From Paraspadella gotoi (lineage: Eukaryota; Animalia; Chaetognatha): a stretch of DNA of 64,000 nt. The stretch spans positions 17,980,673-18,044,672 of the forward strand of contig CM119264.1 in the NCBI GenBank assembly GCA_051294375.1, given 5' to 3'. This document shows, piece after piece, positions 26,008 to 39,238 of the stretch (its first letter is position 1; every line of letters begins with the position of its first letter). The notes beneath the pieces were generated by a model. It searched no databases, was not told the DNA's origin, and saw only the letters and a list, made by a program, of their open reading frames with translations. Made by a program: the position numbers and the translations under genes.

Positions 26008-28990
26008 GGCACGAGAAAAAGGGATTTAAGCGAATGTCGAAAACAGCGAAAGTCGAAGCGGAAACAAAGAAAAAGATTAAAAAAGTGGAAATAGACGAGG
26101 AAACCGAAAAAAATAAGAAAAGAAAGGGATATAAAAAGAAAGAAATAAATATAAAAAAAGAAATAAGGACAAAAATAAAAATACGACAAAAAGAAAGACT
26201 TTATCGGTTTCCCAAAAATTTCTTTCTTCACATAAGATGAAAGTTAATCGTCATCGTGGTCGTCGCTTTTGACGTCGTCGTCGTCGTCGTCGTCGCTTTT
26301 GACGTCGTCGCTTTTGACGTCGTCAAAAAGGGAGAAATAAGATTGAAGGGAAAATGGAAAAAAAAAAGAAAAGAAATCCAATCTAAGTGAAAGTTTTGTC
26401 TGCATCCCGCCTCAACGCTGTCGGCGTTTTGTCGGCGCTTTGTCGTCCAGCTCATCTCCCTCTTTGTCTGTCTCTTTTTAAGAAGGAAGGTGAGGTTCGT
26501 ACGGCGAGGAGCGACAAAGACTTGTAAGACATTCGAGCATTCTGTCTCAAATCCTGACACTTACAATATAATATATGAACCGCTATAAAAAAAACTGCTC
26601 AAAACTTGTAAATCGTTGTAAAGAGAAATTGAAATATTTCTTTTGAAAGCATCTATATAAAAATAAGTTGAATGAAATCCAGACCCCGCTCAGTTCGGTT
26701 AATATTTCTTAACACACGGGGTGAATAAAATGGACTGGGTGTAAACAAATTTGAATATTGTGGAAACATGCACGAGCAGCTCTCCGTCCGTTGTACACAA
26801 GTTCCCGAACTTCGGACCGGGCTTTTTGTCACTACAGGTGGGTAGACACCCGTCGAGCTTTCTCATGTGAATCAGCAGGGAGCGAACCCGAGTTCTTGGG
26901 TTGGGAGGAGCTCGTGCTAAGTCCGGCGCCATAAGTGATTCTCACGAGTAACGGGGTATGAAATACTGCCGCTACAATATGAAAGTAACGAAGGCGAGAA
27001 AAGAAGAGAGAAATATGGGGATGGCAGTCTTTGTAATTTATGATCGCTGCCAGCAGCCGCGAAAAATACGGCGAACGAGAGTAGCGACGGAAAATATATA
27101 AAATAAAAAGAAGAGAATAAAATAATAAAAAAAAAAGAAAAACTTATGAAAAAGAGAAAGAAAAGTCGAAGGAGAGATTTGTCTTGATTTTATTCGAATT
27201 AACTTGATCTTGGAAGAAAAGAGCCGGAAGGTTGGGAGAGAGGAGGGACGGGGGAAGAGAGAGAGAGATATGGCGTGAAAGAGTGGGTGAGATTAAAAAC
27301 GAAGAAAAGTTTCGGGGTTTATTTTGGTTTTGAATNNNNNNNNNNNNNNNNNNNNNNNNNTAAAGACGATTTGACTGAAAAAAGAGTAAAAGTCTGCCTC
27401 GCTATCTTATTCATTTTTCGTTTGTTTTATTTTGGACCACCGAACGTCGAACTCACTCGAATTGGAAGATTATCTTCCCGACAAAAATCGACTCAATCGC
27501 AAATTGGAAAAGCAAAAATGATAAGAAAAAAAAAAAAAAAAAAAAACCGTCGAAACTGGAAACGACGTACCACGCCTCGACGAATTCAAAACTCGATACG
27601 ACATACCACGCTTCGGCCTAACTCATCGTCAAATTTATACGAAGTCGTCGTAGTCGACACAAACCCGACACATTTTTCGCATTTTATCGCGTTGGAGAAA
27701 AAAGAGATTCATTTTTTCCATTCAGATTCCATAGGCGCAGTCATCCATAATTATTTTTTCCCTTTCTCCGCCTGACGCCAGAGACCGCCATAGACCGCCA
27801 TAGAACGCTTTCATCGGTTTTCAGCTCGTGGAATCGAGGAATTCGCCGTCGGCGTCACTCAACATTTCTCTTGCCTTCACGCGACCTCTCACACTCCTTT
27901 TCCAAAAAGTTCACGCTTTCGCCCCAGAGGCGATCACGATTTTTCACCCCATATCTCTTTCCTTTCATGCTTTTTTTTTCGATCTTACGAAGAAGTGAGT
28001 GTCAACTCTATTTTCTTCGCAATATTCTTTAAAATTATTATAATATTACTTTTCTATGTTAAGTAAGGAGGAAACCGATGACGAGCTAAAACGAATGATT
28101 TATAGTAAATTCATAGAAATACTCTTCGCTGAAATCTGAAGATATTAACTTGGTAATTTTCAATAGGCGAACTCAAAAAAAAAAAAAAAAAAAAATCAAA
28201 TGGGAGGAACCATTTTTTCTTCCTTTCCTCTCTTCGCCCCACTCACCTCACAATCTCGACTTCATTTCTTCGTAGTCGTTGTCGTCGTTGTCGTCCTCTG
28301 CCCTCAGCTTTTAAGAACGCTTGACGAGGATGCAAGGTAGGGAGCATGGCATGGCAAAACCATTGATGACCTCCGACATTTAATCTTGCGAGTAAGTCTA
28401 CAAATTTTAAAAAAAGCATCATCATCATCATTATCATCATCATCATCATCATCATGCGTCATCATCATCATCATCTTTTTTTTCACGCTGTCCGCGTATA
28501 CCGACGCGGGCGTCGGCGTCTTTGCCTCTTCTGGCATCTGGAAGAAGATGCAGGCGAAGACGCTTCCCATTCATTCAAAAGCCTGACAGGTGCAAGACTC
28601 GCGCCTGGGAGTGTGGGACTGAGGGAAGGAAAAAGAGAGCGAGGGATGAGAGGGAGAAAGAGAAACTGAAGAGAGAGAGAGGAGAGAGAGAGTGAAAAAA
28701 AGAAATAGTAGTGAAGAAGTTGTGAGATCTGGCGTCGATCGAAAGCGAGTGACGAGTTGGTCATCTTCCCTTCATTTCAGCGGGCCGATCGACCTTTACT
28801 TCAGAGAAAGTAAAAAGAGAGAGAGAGTGGACGAGAGAGAGCGTGAGAGATAGAGAGAGAGAGAGAGTAAAAAAAAAAATAAAATAGCTTTGAAAAAGTT
28901 GTGAGATCTGGCGTCGATCGGAAAGGAGTGACGAGTTGGTCATCTTCCCTTCATTTCAGCGGCCTATCGACCTTTGACTTCAGAGAAAGA

Positions 28991-29068
<78 letters not shown>

Positions 29069-29581
29069 AGAGAGGAGAGACCAAAGGAGGAGAAAGATGA
29101 GCGGAATTAGAATTAAAATGAAACTTAATGGCGGGGGCTTCAGTCACTATTTTTGGACCTTCACAAAAGGCTACTTTACTAAAGACAGTCTTTTGTTTGT
29201 CTAACTTAACTATTACTTAATGGGGTAAAAAAAAAACGGTAAGTCACAGCCAAACCTATAAAAGCGTAAGTAGTTTTTTATATAAAAAAACAGCGTGACG
29301 CCGACGACGACCACGACGACGACGACGACGACGACGACGACGTCACAAAGAAGCAATCCTGGCTCGATAAAAAGACTGGAACAAATGACACACTCTTCAT
29401 GGTACCTTCCAAGAAAGATCCTAACCTAACATATATTCTATCAATTGGTGAAATGTTAATGAATTTTGTAAGTATTTTTTTAAAGTTATCATGTTAAGTC
29501 TAAAGCTACGTCAGCTGATAATATGAATGGGTATTGATTACAAAAACAGTTGCATTTGTCCAAACTGAGAGAGAGAGGAGA

Positions 29582-29620
<39 letters not shown>

Positions 29621-29625
29621 AGAGA

Positions 29626-29657
<32 letters not shown>

Positions 29658-30132
29658 AAGAGATGACGAAAACACGAAAAGAACAAAAGAACCGTTAGTT
29701 AGATTTGAATAACCTGTAAACCAACTGTTTCTATGTAATCAAAACAGTTTTAAAAAAGAATCAATATAAATAAATACGTATATAAAAAATACGCAGAAGG
29801 AGTAAATGTTGATGTTAGTAATCGTGGTTTTTGCCCCCGCCCCCCCTCGCTTCGACTCTCAATGTTCTTTCATCATTCATCTTTCGTATTAAAAGATTGA
29901 CCTTTTCTCCGCAGGTCTCCCCCGCGTTTCCTCTTCCTCCTCCTCCTCCTCCTCTTCCTCCTCCTCCTCCTCTTTCAGAGATTCGAATTTGTTCGGCCTT
30001 GCTTCTTTATTCACAGACGAATTCCTGACCAGATTTTCTACGAGGGCGTCGAATGTTTTGCTTGATGATAGCGGTTTTTTTAAAGTTGTCGACTCGTTTG
30101 TAGCGATGAGGGAAGTGTTTATTTTCATTTAT

Positions 30133-30219
<87 letters not shown>

Positions 30220-31069
30220 ACTTTCCAACCACTTTCCTCCTTTCTTTCCCGCCACATCCCGTCACTCTCTCTGATATCAATTTACGAGTAAAAGCTTTTT
30301 CTTGTCTCCTTTTATGCCCGAGATACCTGACTAGGTTCCGTTCTTTCAAAGGCCAACGCTTGTTACTTCGGTGTTTACTTTAAGTCGAAAAAAAACAAAC
30401 AGGGCCGCAAGAAGTGAAGACCCCGGGGTAAGGAAGAAGCAAGGAAGAGGCTATCAAATTTTATTGACAATCCATTCTAAATTTCAAAGGCAAACAGCGA
30501 CAGATCTCCACCGACACAAGATCGCCTGAAGTGACTCTCGGGAGATATTTTATGGTCGTCGAATGGACACAAAGTCATACTTATGTATAATATATATTAT
30601 ATTATTATTATTATTATTATATTTTTATAATATATTAATATATATTACGTATGTATAATATATTTATGTATATTAAATTTATTCATGATATAACTTTTTT
30701 GGCCAAAAAATTATCAGTACACATTCCACAAACATTAAGGGTATCCATATGAATATCCAGTAGAAAAAAAAAAATAAAAAAATCATAAGCGAAAAAATTC
30801 ACTGAAATTCACTAATAACAATAATATCTTATATCCCTCATGCAAAATTTTTCACATCTTTAAAAATCGGAAAGAACTTTTGGAACTCAATTTGTCGAGT
30901 AAAAAATCCCATGGTCGTCCAGAGGTTCTCATCCTTGATGTGATTATTTATGTATTATTTTACTCCTGCGACGTGAGATAATGGTGTTTTTACTGTCTCC
31001 ACGCGAACGATGTCTCTCTGTCTCTCTCTCTTCTCTCTCTCTCTCTCTCTCTTCTCTTCTCTCTCTCTC

Positions 31070-31121
<52 letters not shown>

Positions 31122-31930
31122 CAACGATTTGTCTCTCCATCTTTATCCCTTTTTTCTATTTTCCTCTATTTTTTTTCTCTCCTCTCTCCTTGTTTCTCCG
31201 ACTCTGTATTTCAATTTTTTTCAATCTCTTTAACTCACTCCGTATTTTTTTTTACGCGTCTGTCACTTTCTGTTTCTCCTCGTATCCTTTTCTCATTTTC
31301 TCCCTTTCCTCCCTCTCTACTCCCTCTCTCTCTTCGCTCCTTCGACACCATCTTTTCTCTCCCCGTCGCTCGTCATGCTTCTTTCTTGGGATGAATTTCG
31401 ACTTTTAATGCCTTCGAGTTGAGACTCTAGTCCCGCGTCGTCACGGGGCGAGGCGCTTAAGCATCTTTTCCCGCGGCTCCGATTGACGAACCGTCTCGTC
31501 GCCTCGACGCCATTGGGTAGGATTCTTCAAACGACTTATTCTATTTTGTATCCGAGAAACGAGAACGCGATTGGTCGAAACGCGCGCAACGAGGTCGCTC
31601 AATGGAGGGATTCCTCGTGGCGGGAAGATAACGTAGAAAAGAATCGATAGTGAAGAGAGGGAGAGAGCGAGAGAAACGGAGAGAGAAAACAAAAAGAAAA
31701 GGAAAAAAAAAGCGAAGAAAGCGAAAAGAAAGAATATGGAACGAAAAAAAAAAAAATACCAGAGAGAAAGAATGAAGTCCGCGCAGAATGAAATTCTGGG
31801 CTTCTGACACGAGCTTTGTTGTGCGTGGAGGGAGAGAGAACGAGCAAAGAGACTGTGTTATAGAAAATATGGGGAGACGAAAGAAGAAAGAAAGAAAGAG
31901 AGAGATGAGAGAGAGGAGAGAGAGAGGAGA

Positions 31931-31966
<36 letters not shown>

Positions 31967-32670
31967 TTCAGTGCAAAAGCTGAAAGGAGGCGGTGTTATA
32001 GACTACGTGACCTCATTACATGATGACCCTACAATGATAGTTCCGGTTGTTAACAGGGTTATGTGTGAGAGAGAGAGAAAGCAGGAGAAAATAGAAAGAG
32101 AGACGGATGAGAGGGTGAGAAGAGCGAAACAGTTTTAATCCGCGAATACGAAGGATCCACTCCTGCGTAAAGAACGATAACGAGGGAGTAATAAAAGGAA
32201 GAAGAGTAAAAGCGGATAAAAAATTTACTGAGTGAAAAAAAGAAACTAAGTGTAAAACTAGAAGTAAAACTGCCGATAGCAGAAACGATAACGCTCAAGT
32301 TTCAATCATATCTCGCTTTGGTCAGTGAATTTAAAATCCAAAGTTTAAATTCTCTTTCGCTTCGAGTTCTGTGGTCAACCAAAACTTGAAGCTAATTTTT
32401 AAAAGTCACAGATATTTTTATTATATATTTTTTCTGTTTTTGTTTTCTTTCCGAATTACATTTTTGCTACCAAAATATTATTGTACTACAATCTCCTGTT
32501 TCTCCTCACAGAAAATGACCTGAACGACGTGAAACCGATCTGCCAAGATCGAAAGTTTTTTCTCACAGATCAAGGACGTCACCGTCACCGTCACCGTCAT
32601 CGTCGACGCCGTCATCGTCGCATCGTCGACGCGCATCTTCAACTCCTTCGACTCCAAACTCAGCGTTGAG

Positions 32671-33664
32671 ATGTTCCTTCTTCTCGAGGACATCGACGCC
32701 GGTGGGTTCCGGCGTTCCTCGTCGGCCGCCCGCTTTTTGGCACCGTCGGACTCAGAACGGCGAGAGATGACGGCGCCGTTGAAGCCTTCATCGTCGCATT
32801 GCAGACGAAAGGCGCTGCCGGTGTCGTCGTCGTCGTCGTCGTCGTCGTCATCGACGTCGAGTCGCGATTCGGATTTTCGATCGTCGATTTCTCGTCGCCG
32901 ATCGAATCTTTGAGAGAAGATCGACTGCGACGCCATCGACGAGAGCGTCGATAACGCCACTCACCCCCTTCGCCTCCTCCGCCTCTACCCCTCTCTCCCC
33001 CTTTCACCCCCGATTTCCCTCCTTCACGACTCAGCTCCTCATTCTCCTCGATCGAAAATAGATGGGTCCACCGCCGGAGCCGCGCCGCCGTCGCCAACGG
33101 AATTCGGGCGCCGGTTCTCGCGTCTCAGATGAGAGGGCGGAGGCCGGCGTTGAAGATCGTCGGAAGCGACCAAAGACGGCGGCGCTGGCCTCTGCGACGA
33201 CGAGGCCCGAGCGTTCTATCGTCGACCGTTTTAACGTCTCCGTCGCCGAACTCTGCAACGAATCGGCCGGTTTCGGGACGAATCAATTGTCGCCGAGTCG
33301 TCGTCCGCCGCCGCCGTCGTCGCCGCTAACGCCGCCGTCACCCGAAACTTTACTCAAGCTTTTTCCCGTCACGTCCTTCACTTTTTCACCGGCCATCGTC
33401 GCGTTCGTCGTCGTCGGCATCGTCGCCTCATCGACGTCCATCTCATAAAAACTTTTGGCCTTTCGTCTGTGCGATGTACTTCGACTCGTCTCACCTCCGT
33501 CGCTCAAAAGATGGCGCTTCGTAACGGCGGCGGCGGCGTCGTCGTCGTCGCTGGCACCGTCTCCCTCGTGCTCACGATCCTCATTACTCGACCCTCGTGA
33601 CGTCGACCGACTCCGCCGAGTTAAGAGTCTTGGACCCAATCTACTGGAACTCTTCTAACCCAAT
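32671..33664 (+). other. Redundant, indel-ridden second copy of the ephrin exon (probable assembly artefact)
   Basis: Near-identical to 22232-23238, including GACCCAATCTACTGGAACTCTTCTAACCCAAT|GTGAGT. The frame is broken by scattered 1-bp indels. Confidence 0.8.
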
Positions 33665-33941
33665 GTGAGTTTGATGGGGGAGAAGAGAAAAAGAGAAAGA
33701 GAGAGTGAGATAATAAGAGAAAGAAAGACAAAGAAAGACAAAGAAAGACCAGAGGAAAAACATATTCAGTAAAAACCATTATTACTATGTCTATGACATT
33801 CTGGCATTTTGACGTCAGTTTTGGATTCGTATTAAATTGCTAAATAATTATAAATTCTTTGTCTGAGACTGAACAGATTATTGAAAAAAAAATAAGAAAG
33901 ATGGAAAAAACTCGATGGAGAGTAAGAGAGAGAAATGGGAG

Positions 33942-33977
<36 letters not shown>

Positions 33978-33985
33978 TGAGAGAA

Positions 33986-34033
<48 letters not shown>

Positions 34034-34161
34034 GGGGCGATTCATGCTCCCTTTTTGTTGCCGTGGGACGGAAAAACGCATTTCAACGGAATATCGGATA
34101 ACATTTATTGGCTAAAGCGAAAAGCTTTCATCGAATTCTCTCATTAGAATTGCATCTAAAC

Positions 34162-34241
<80 letters not shown>

Positions 34242-34514
34242 GACGGAGGATTCGCCAATTTTCGTTGTTTGTTCTTCTTTCTTTCTCGGCTCCTCCTCCT
34301 CATCCCTCTTCGCCGCTCTCGTCAAACATCCTCACCTTTCCTCCTTTATTGTTTCATCAAACAAATTGTTTTTTTTCTTAATTTTTTTCATCTCTTTTTA
34401 TTCTCTTCCTCGCCTTAGTCCCTTCCCAAAAGACTGCTCTCAACCGCCCTGTTTTCTCCATCGCACTCACCCCCCTCAATTTTCTTATCCCCCATTCCAA
34501 CGCCTCGTTTCTCT

Positions 34515-34757
34515 CTACCCCTTCCCGACCCCGCCTCCATCCGCTCCACGGCGTCGGCCTCCAACTCTCCTTCGTCGGCTTCAACTTTTTTCTTTCGTTT
34601 CGACGCCGTGCTTGAGTGTTTTACCCCGGCGTGGCCGCGAGACCGCGGAAAGAACTTTATCGTGAGGAACGACGCCCGACTTGTCGTCACCTCCGTCGGC
34701 TGAGGTTTGGGGTCGAACTCGCAATATCGGGCAAAGGCAAATCCCGTTTGTCGACAT
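34515..34757 (-). other. Redundant frameshifted copy of the thymosin CDS (probable assembly artefact)
   Basis: Matches 24190-24441 with multiple single-base indels and lies inside the 10-kb duplicated block. Confidence 0.8.
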
Positions 34758-37700
34758 TTTTAGCCTCTTCCGTCCGTCTTTGAAGAAATTAATAAGAGTT
34801 TTATAAGGGAATTAAATATAAAACGTAATCAGGCGGTACACTTAAAAAATATCTTTAACATGTATCACCTCGTCTAGATTTTAATTGAGAAAGCGTGGCA
34901 TCAATAGAGTGAGGAATAAACGAAATCAGAAAGGGAGAGAAAGAATCCATTTGAGGGAATAGAATGACAAATGAACAACTGAATGACAAATGAAGGACCT
35001 TTTGCCTCTTGTCTTTACGATGTTCGTCGAAGTCGGCGAGGGTTTCGGCGAAGATTTTGACGCTTCCGCCGATAAACTGAGTCTTTTCGGAAAGAGAGGC
35101 GTCTGTAGTGAGAAGTCAACTGAGTCCTTGGGGAAAATCTCTTCCCGTCGTCGTTCATCGTGTCGGTTCGTTCGCTCTCGTCGTCCACGCTTCGGTTCGT
35201 CTTTTCATACTCACGGGATTATGGAAGATTCTTGCGAAAAAAATCGACTTTGACAAAAATTTTCGAATGTCGAAGCAAAATTTTTTGATTGAACTCGGAA
35301 ATTCAACGATAAACTTTTTTCGCTGGAAGATCGTTCTATCTCTGTATTCCTTTCGAGCTTTTGTTTGCTCGAGTGGACGTTCAGAGTGAGAGAGAGAGAG
35401 AGAAGAGAGAGACGACGGAGAGAGAGAAGAGAGAGCGAGAGAGAGAGACGAGAGAGAGAGAGAGAGAGAGTGTTCCCGCGAACATAAACGCGGTCGGGCG
35501 GCGCGCGCCGGATACAAAGGAAGGATTTGCAAACTCTGATTCGATTTGCCGTCTTCCGACTCCCGACTTTCTTGTCCGTTTGCGTTCTGTCTGCTCCTTA
35601 ATGCTTGCTTTTACTTTCCTATTCTCTTCATTCAGTTTTCTTTTCTTTCCTTTTGTTTCTGTTTCTTTATTTTTCTTTTTTTTCTTTCTGTCTGTCTTGC
35701 TTATATTCTCTTTCTGTTTCTGTTTGTTTCTCTTTGCTGTATTTATCTTTCTCCCGTTTTATTCTTTTCCCTTCTTTCTTCTTTCTTTCTTTCTTTCTTT
35801 CTTTTTTTCTTTATTTTTTCTTTCTTTCTTTCTGTCTGTCTTGCTATATTTTCTCTTTCTGTTTATCTTGGCTGTATTTTCTCTTCTCCCGTTTTATTCT
35901 TTTCCCCCCTCTTTTTTCCTTTTTGTTTGCCTCCTTTTAACTCCTTTTAATGCAAAACGTCGATGCTTCGGACGTCACAAGATTACGTTTGTCTTGACGC
36001 GAAAAAAAAAAAAAAGAATAGAAGAAAAAAGAAAAAAAGAGGAACTTTCAACGAAAAGAAAAAAGAAGAAAAGAAAAATGGAGGCAAAAAGCGAAATTCT
36101 CCCACAAATATTCTTACTCTTCAGGATTTTAAGGGAGAAAAGAATTGGGCTGAGCCGAAATAAGCAAAATAATAGCGAATTTAAAAAAAAAGCATTAAAA
36201 AGAATAAGCTTAAACCTAAGAGAGAGAGCAGGAGAGAGAGGGAGAGAGGAGGGAGAGAGAGGGAGCAGAAAAGAAGAGAGAAGACTGATGAGAGAGAGGG
36301 AGAGGAGAGGGTGAGAGAGAGAGAGACCGAGAGAGAGGAGAGAGAAGGACGAGAGAGAGAAGAGAGAGAGAAATGGCACGAGAAAAAAGGGATTTAAGCG
36401 AATGTCGAAAAAGCGAGGCGAAAGTCGAACGAAACAAAGAAAAAGATTAAAAAAAGTGGAAATAGACAGGAAACGAAAAAAATAAGAAAAAGGAAAGGAT
36501 AAAAAGAAAGAAATAAATACTAAAAAGAGAAAATAAGGACAAAATAAAAATACGACAAAAAGAAGACTTTATTCGGCTTTTCCCAAAAATTTCTTTCTAT
36601 CACATAAGATGAAAGTTAATCGTCATCGTGGTCGCTCGCTTTATCTCGTCGTTCGTCGTCGTCGCTTTTGACGTCGTCGCTTTTGACGTTCGTCAAAAAA
36701 GGAGAAAAAAGATTGAAGGGAAAATGCGAAAAAAAAAGAAATGAAATCCAATCTAAGTGAAAGTTTTGTCTGCATCCCTCCTAACGCTGTACGGCGTTTT
36801 GTCGCGCTTGTCTTCCAGCTCAATCCCCCTCTTTTGTCTGTCTCTTTTTAAGAAGCGAAGGTGAGCGATTCGTACGGCGAGGAGCGACAAAGACTTGCTA
36901 AGACATTCGAGCATTCTGTCTCAAATCCTGACACTTACAATATATATATATGAATCTCCTATAAAAAAAACTGCTCAAAACTTGTAAATCGTATGTATAT
37001 ATGAGAAAATTGAAATTATTTCTTTTGAAGTTCATCTATATATATATATATAAGTTCGAAATTGAAATCCAGACCCCGCTCAGTTCGGTTAATATTTCTT
37101 AACACACGGGGTAATAAAAATGGACTGGCGTGTAAACAAATTTTGAATTATTGTGGTATATTATCTATCTACGAGCAGCTCTCCGTCCGTTGTACAAACA
37201 AGTTCCCGAACTTCGGACCGGGCTTTTTGTCACTACAGGTGGGTAAGACACCCGTTTCGAGCTTTCTCATGTTGAATCAGCACGACGAACCCGGAGTTCT
37301 TGGGTTGGGAGGAGCTCCGTGCTAAGTCCGGCGCCATAAGTGATGCTGCATTCTCTATCTCTATATATCTGGTATGAGATATATCTCCTCATCTATATTA
37401 TGAAAGTTAACGAAGGACGAAGAAAGAAGCATGTGAGAAATTATGGGATGGCAGCTCTTTGTAAGTTTATGATCGCTGCCTATCATCTCATATATATATA
37501 TCTCGAAACGAGAGTAGCGACGAAAATATAAAAAATAAAAAGAAGAGAAGAAAATAATAAAAGAACAAAACTTATGAAAATTAGAAAGAAAAGTCGAAAA
37601 GGAGAGATTGTCTTGATTATTCGAATTAACTGATCTTTGGAAGAAAAGACCGGAAGTTGGGCGCAGAGAGGAGGGACGGGGAAACGAGAGAGAGATATGC

Positions 37701-37974
37701 GCTGAAAGATGTGGGTGAGATATAAAAACAAGAAAAAGTCGGGGGTTATTTGGTTTTGAATATTTCTATCAAAAAATCGCATTGAACATTGATAGCATCC
37801 TGTTAATTTTTCTCTCTTCTCCTCTCTCTCTCTCTCTCTCTCTCTCCTCTCTCTCTCCCTCTCTCTTCTCTCTCTCTCTCTCCTCCAGCCTCTCAAATGC
37901 CTTCCCTCTCTCCATATCCATTGCCCCTCCTCTCTTTCACTCATACAAAACTGACTTCCTCGTCGAAGTGACAG

Positions 37975-37987
37975 AGGTCAAAGGTCA
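37975..37987 (+). promoter_or_regulatory. Perfect DR1 nuclear-receptor element
   Basis: AGGTCA-A-AGGTCA. Confidence 0.5.
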
Positions 37988-39125
37988 AACGATCGCTTGA
38001 GTAAACTCGAGGTAAAAAGAGAGCGAAAAAAAAAGTAAAAAACCTCGACGGTTAATAACCACAGAAGAGCAACAAAAGACACAACAAATAAGACGACAAC
38101 CAGTCTTCTTTGCGATCTCAGGTCAACGAACTAAGATACCTAAAACCACAACCGAAACCGTTGTCTTTTAGAATACAACAATATCAATAAAAATAGAAAA
38201 AAATAAAGCCCCTCGAACCCCCAGTAAATCACCCGCGTGCAGCAATTAAAGTTGCGCAAACAACTACAAGAATACAGAGACGCCGCCGCCGCCGCATCGG
38301 CTGCCGCTGCCGCCGCCGCCTCCAATAAAAACAAAATAAGAAAAGCGGCGTCGAGGGAAACGAGGATCCAAACGAGAACAACAACACCGATAACGACCAC
38401 CACGAAATTCTACCTTCGGAAACGGAAAACTAATTATTTCCAAATTTTCTGTTTTTGTCACTTTTTCGAAGGAAAGGCGAATTTCGCCTGCGAAGAAGAG
38501 AGGAGGCGGCGCCTGGAGTGTGCAACGCAGGAGAGTGCACTGTGCACTGTGCAGTGTGCAGCGGTGGGGGAAAAAGAAAGAAAGCGATAAAAACCGAAAT
38601 GAATTTAAGCGGAAATAAAACTAGACTTTTTTTTTCAACTTTTTCCAGCCTCGTCTTCGATGTTGTCATCGTTGTCGTCGTCGTTTTTTATTTCCGGTTG
38701 TTCTTAGTTTGATACTAATTCCGAGTCTGACATTTTATATACTACTACTCCAAAAGTCAGCAACTATTTCCGTTTTATTCGGCAACTGAATTCCTCCCTG
38801 TTTTCGCCTTCGCACCGTCGCTCTCTCCTTCTCCCTCCGCTCTTTTCCCTCTCTTTCTCTTCTTCTCCTCTCTCTCTCTCGCTCTCTCTTCCTCTCTCCT
38901 CCTCTCTCTTCCCTTCTCTCCTCTCTCTTCTCCTTCTGTCGGCCGCCGATCTTCCATCGCCTTTCGTTGCTTCTGCCGATTTGCTGCCCTTGCAACCTTC
39001 TCGGCGTTTCCGGTCGTCTGCTACAGTTGATGCTGGCAGGACGGAAGGCAGCTTGCCGTATATCCGCGGGAGGGTGAGAACTCCGGGTGGGGGGAAACGT
39101 AATGATTCTCTTTTCCCCTTCTCTC

Positions 39126-39161
<36 letters not shown>

Positions 39162-39164
39162 TCT

Positions 39165-39238
<74 letters not shown>

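Larger units (their letters stand above)
17153..37761. repeat. Tandem duplication 2: 17153-27335 repeated at 27361-37761, joined by 25 N (27336-27360)
   Basis: Both copies start TAAAGACGATTTGACTGAAAA and end GGTTTTGAAT, and are colinear throughout. Confidence 0.95.

Noticed and set aside
26640-27080. Complex-sequence island with a 77-aa minus-strand ORF
   Set aside because: The frames I translated gave no recognisable protein, and the sequence quality is doubtful near the junction because the copies disagree.
27361-37761. Apparent recent duplication and pseudogenisation of ephrin and thymosin
   Set aside because: The 25-N junction and indel-dominated differences fit a long-read gap-fill artefact better than evolution.
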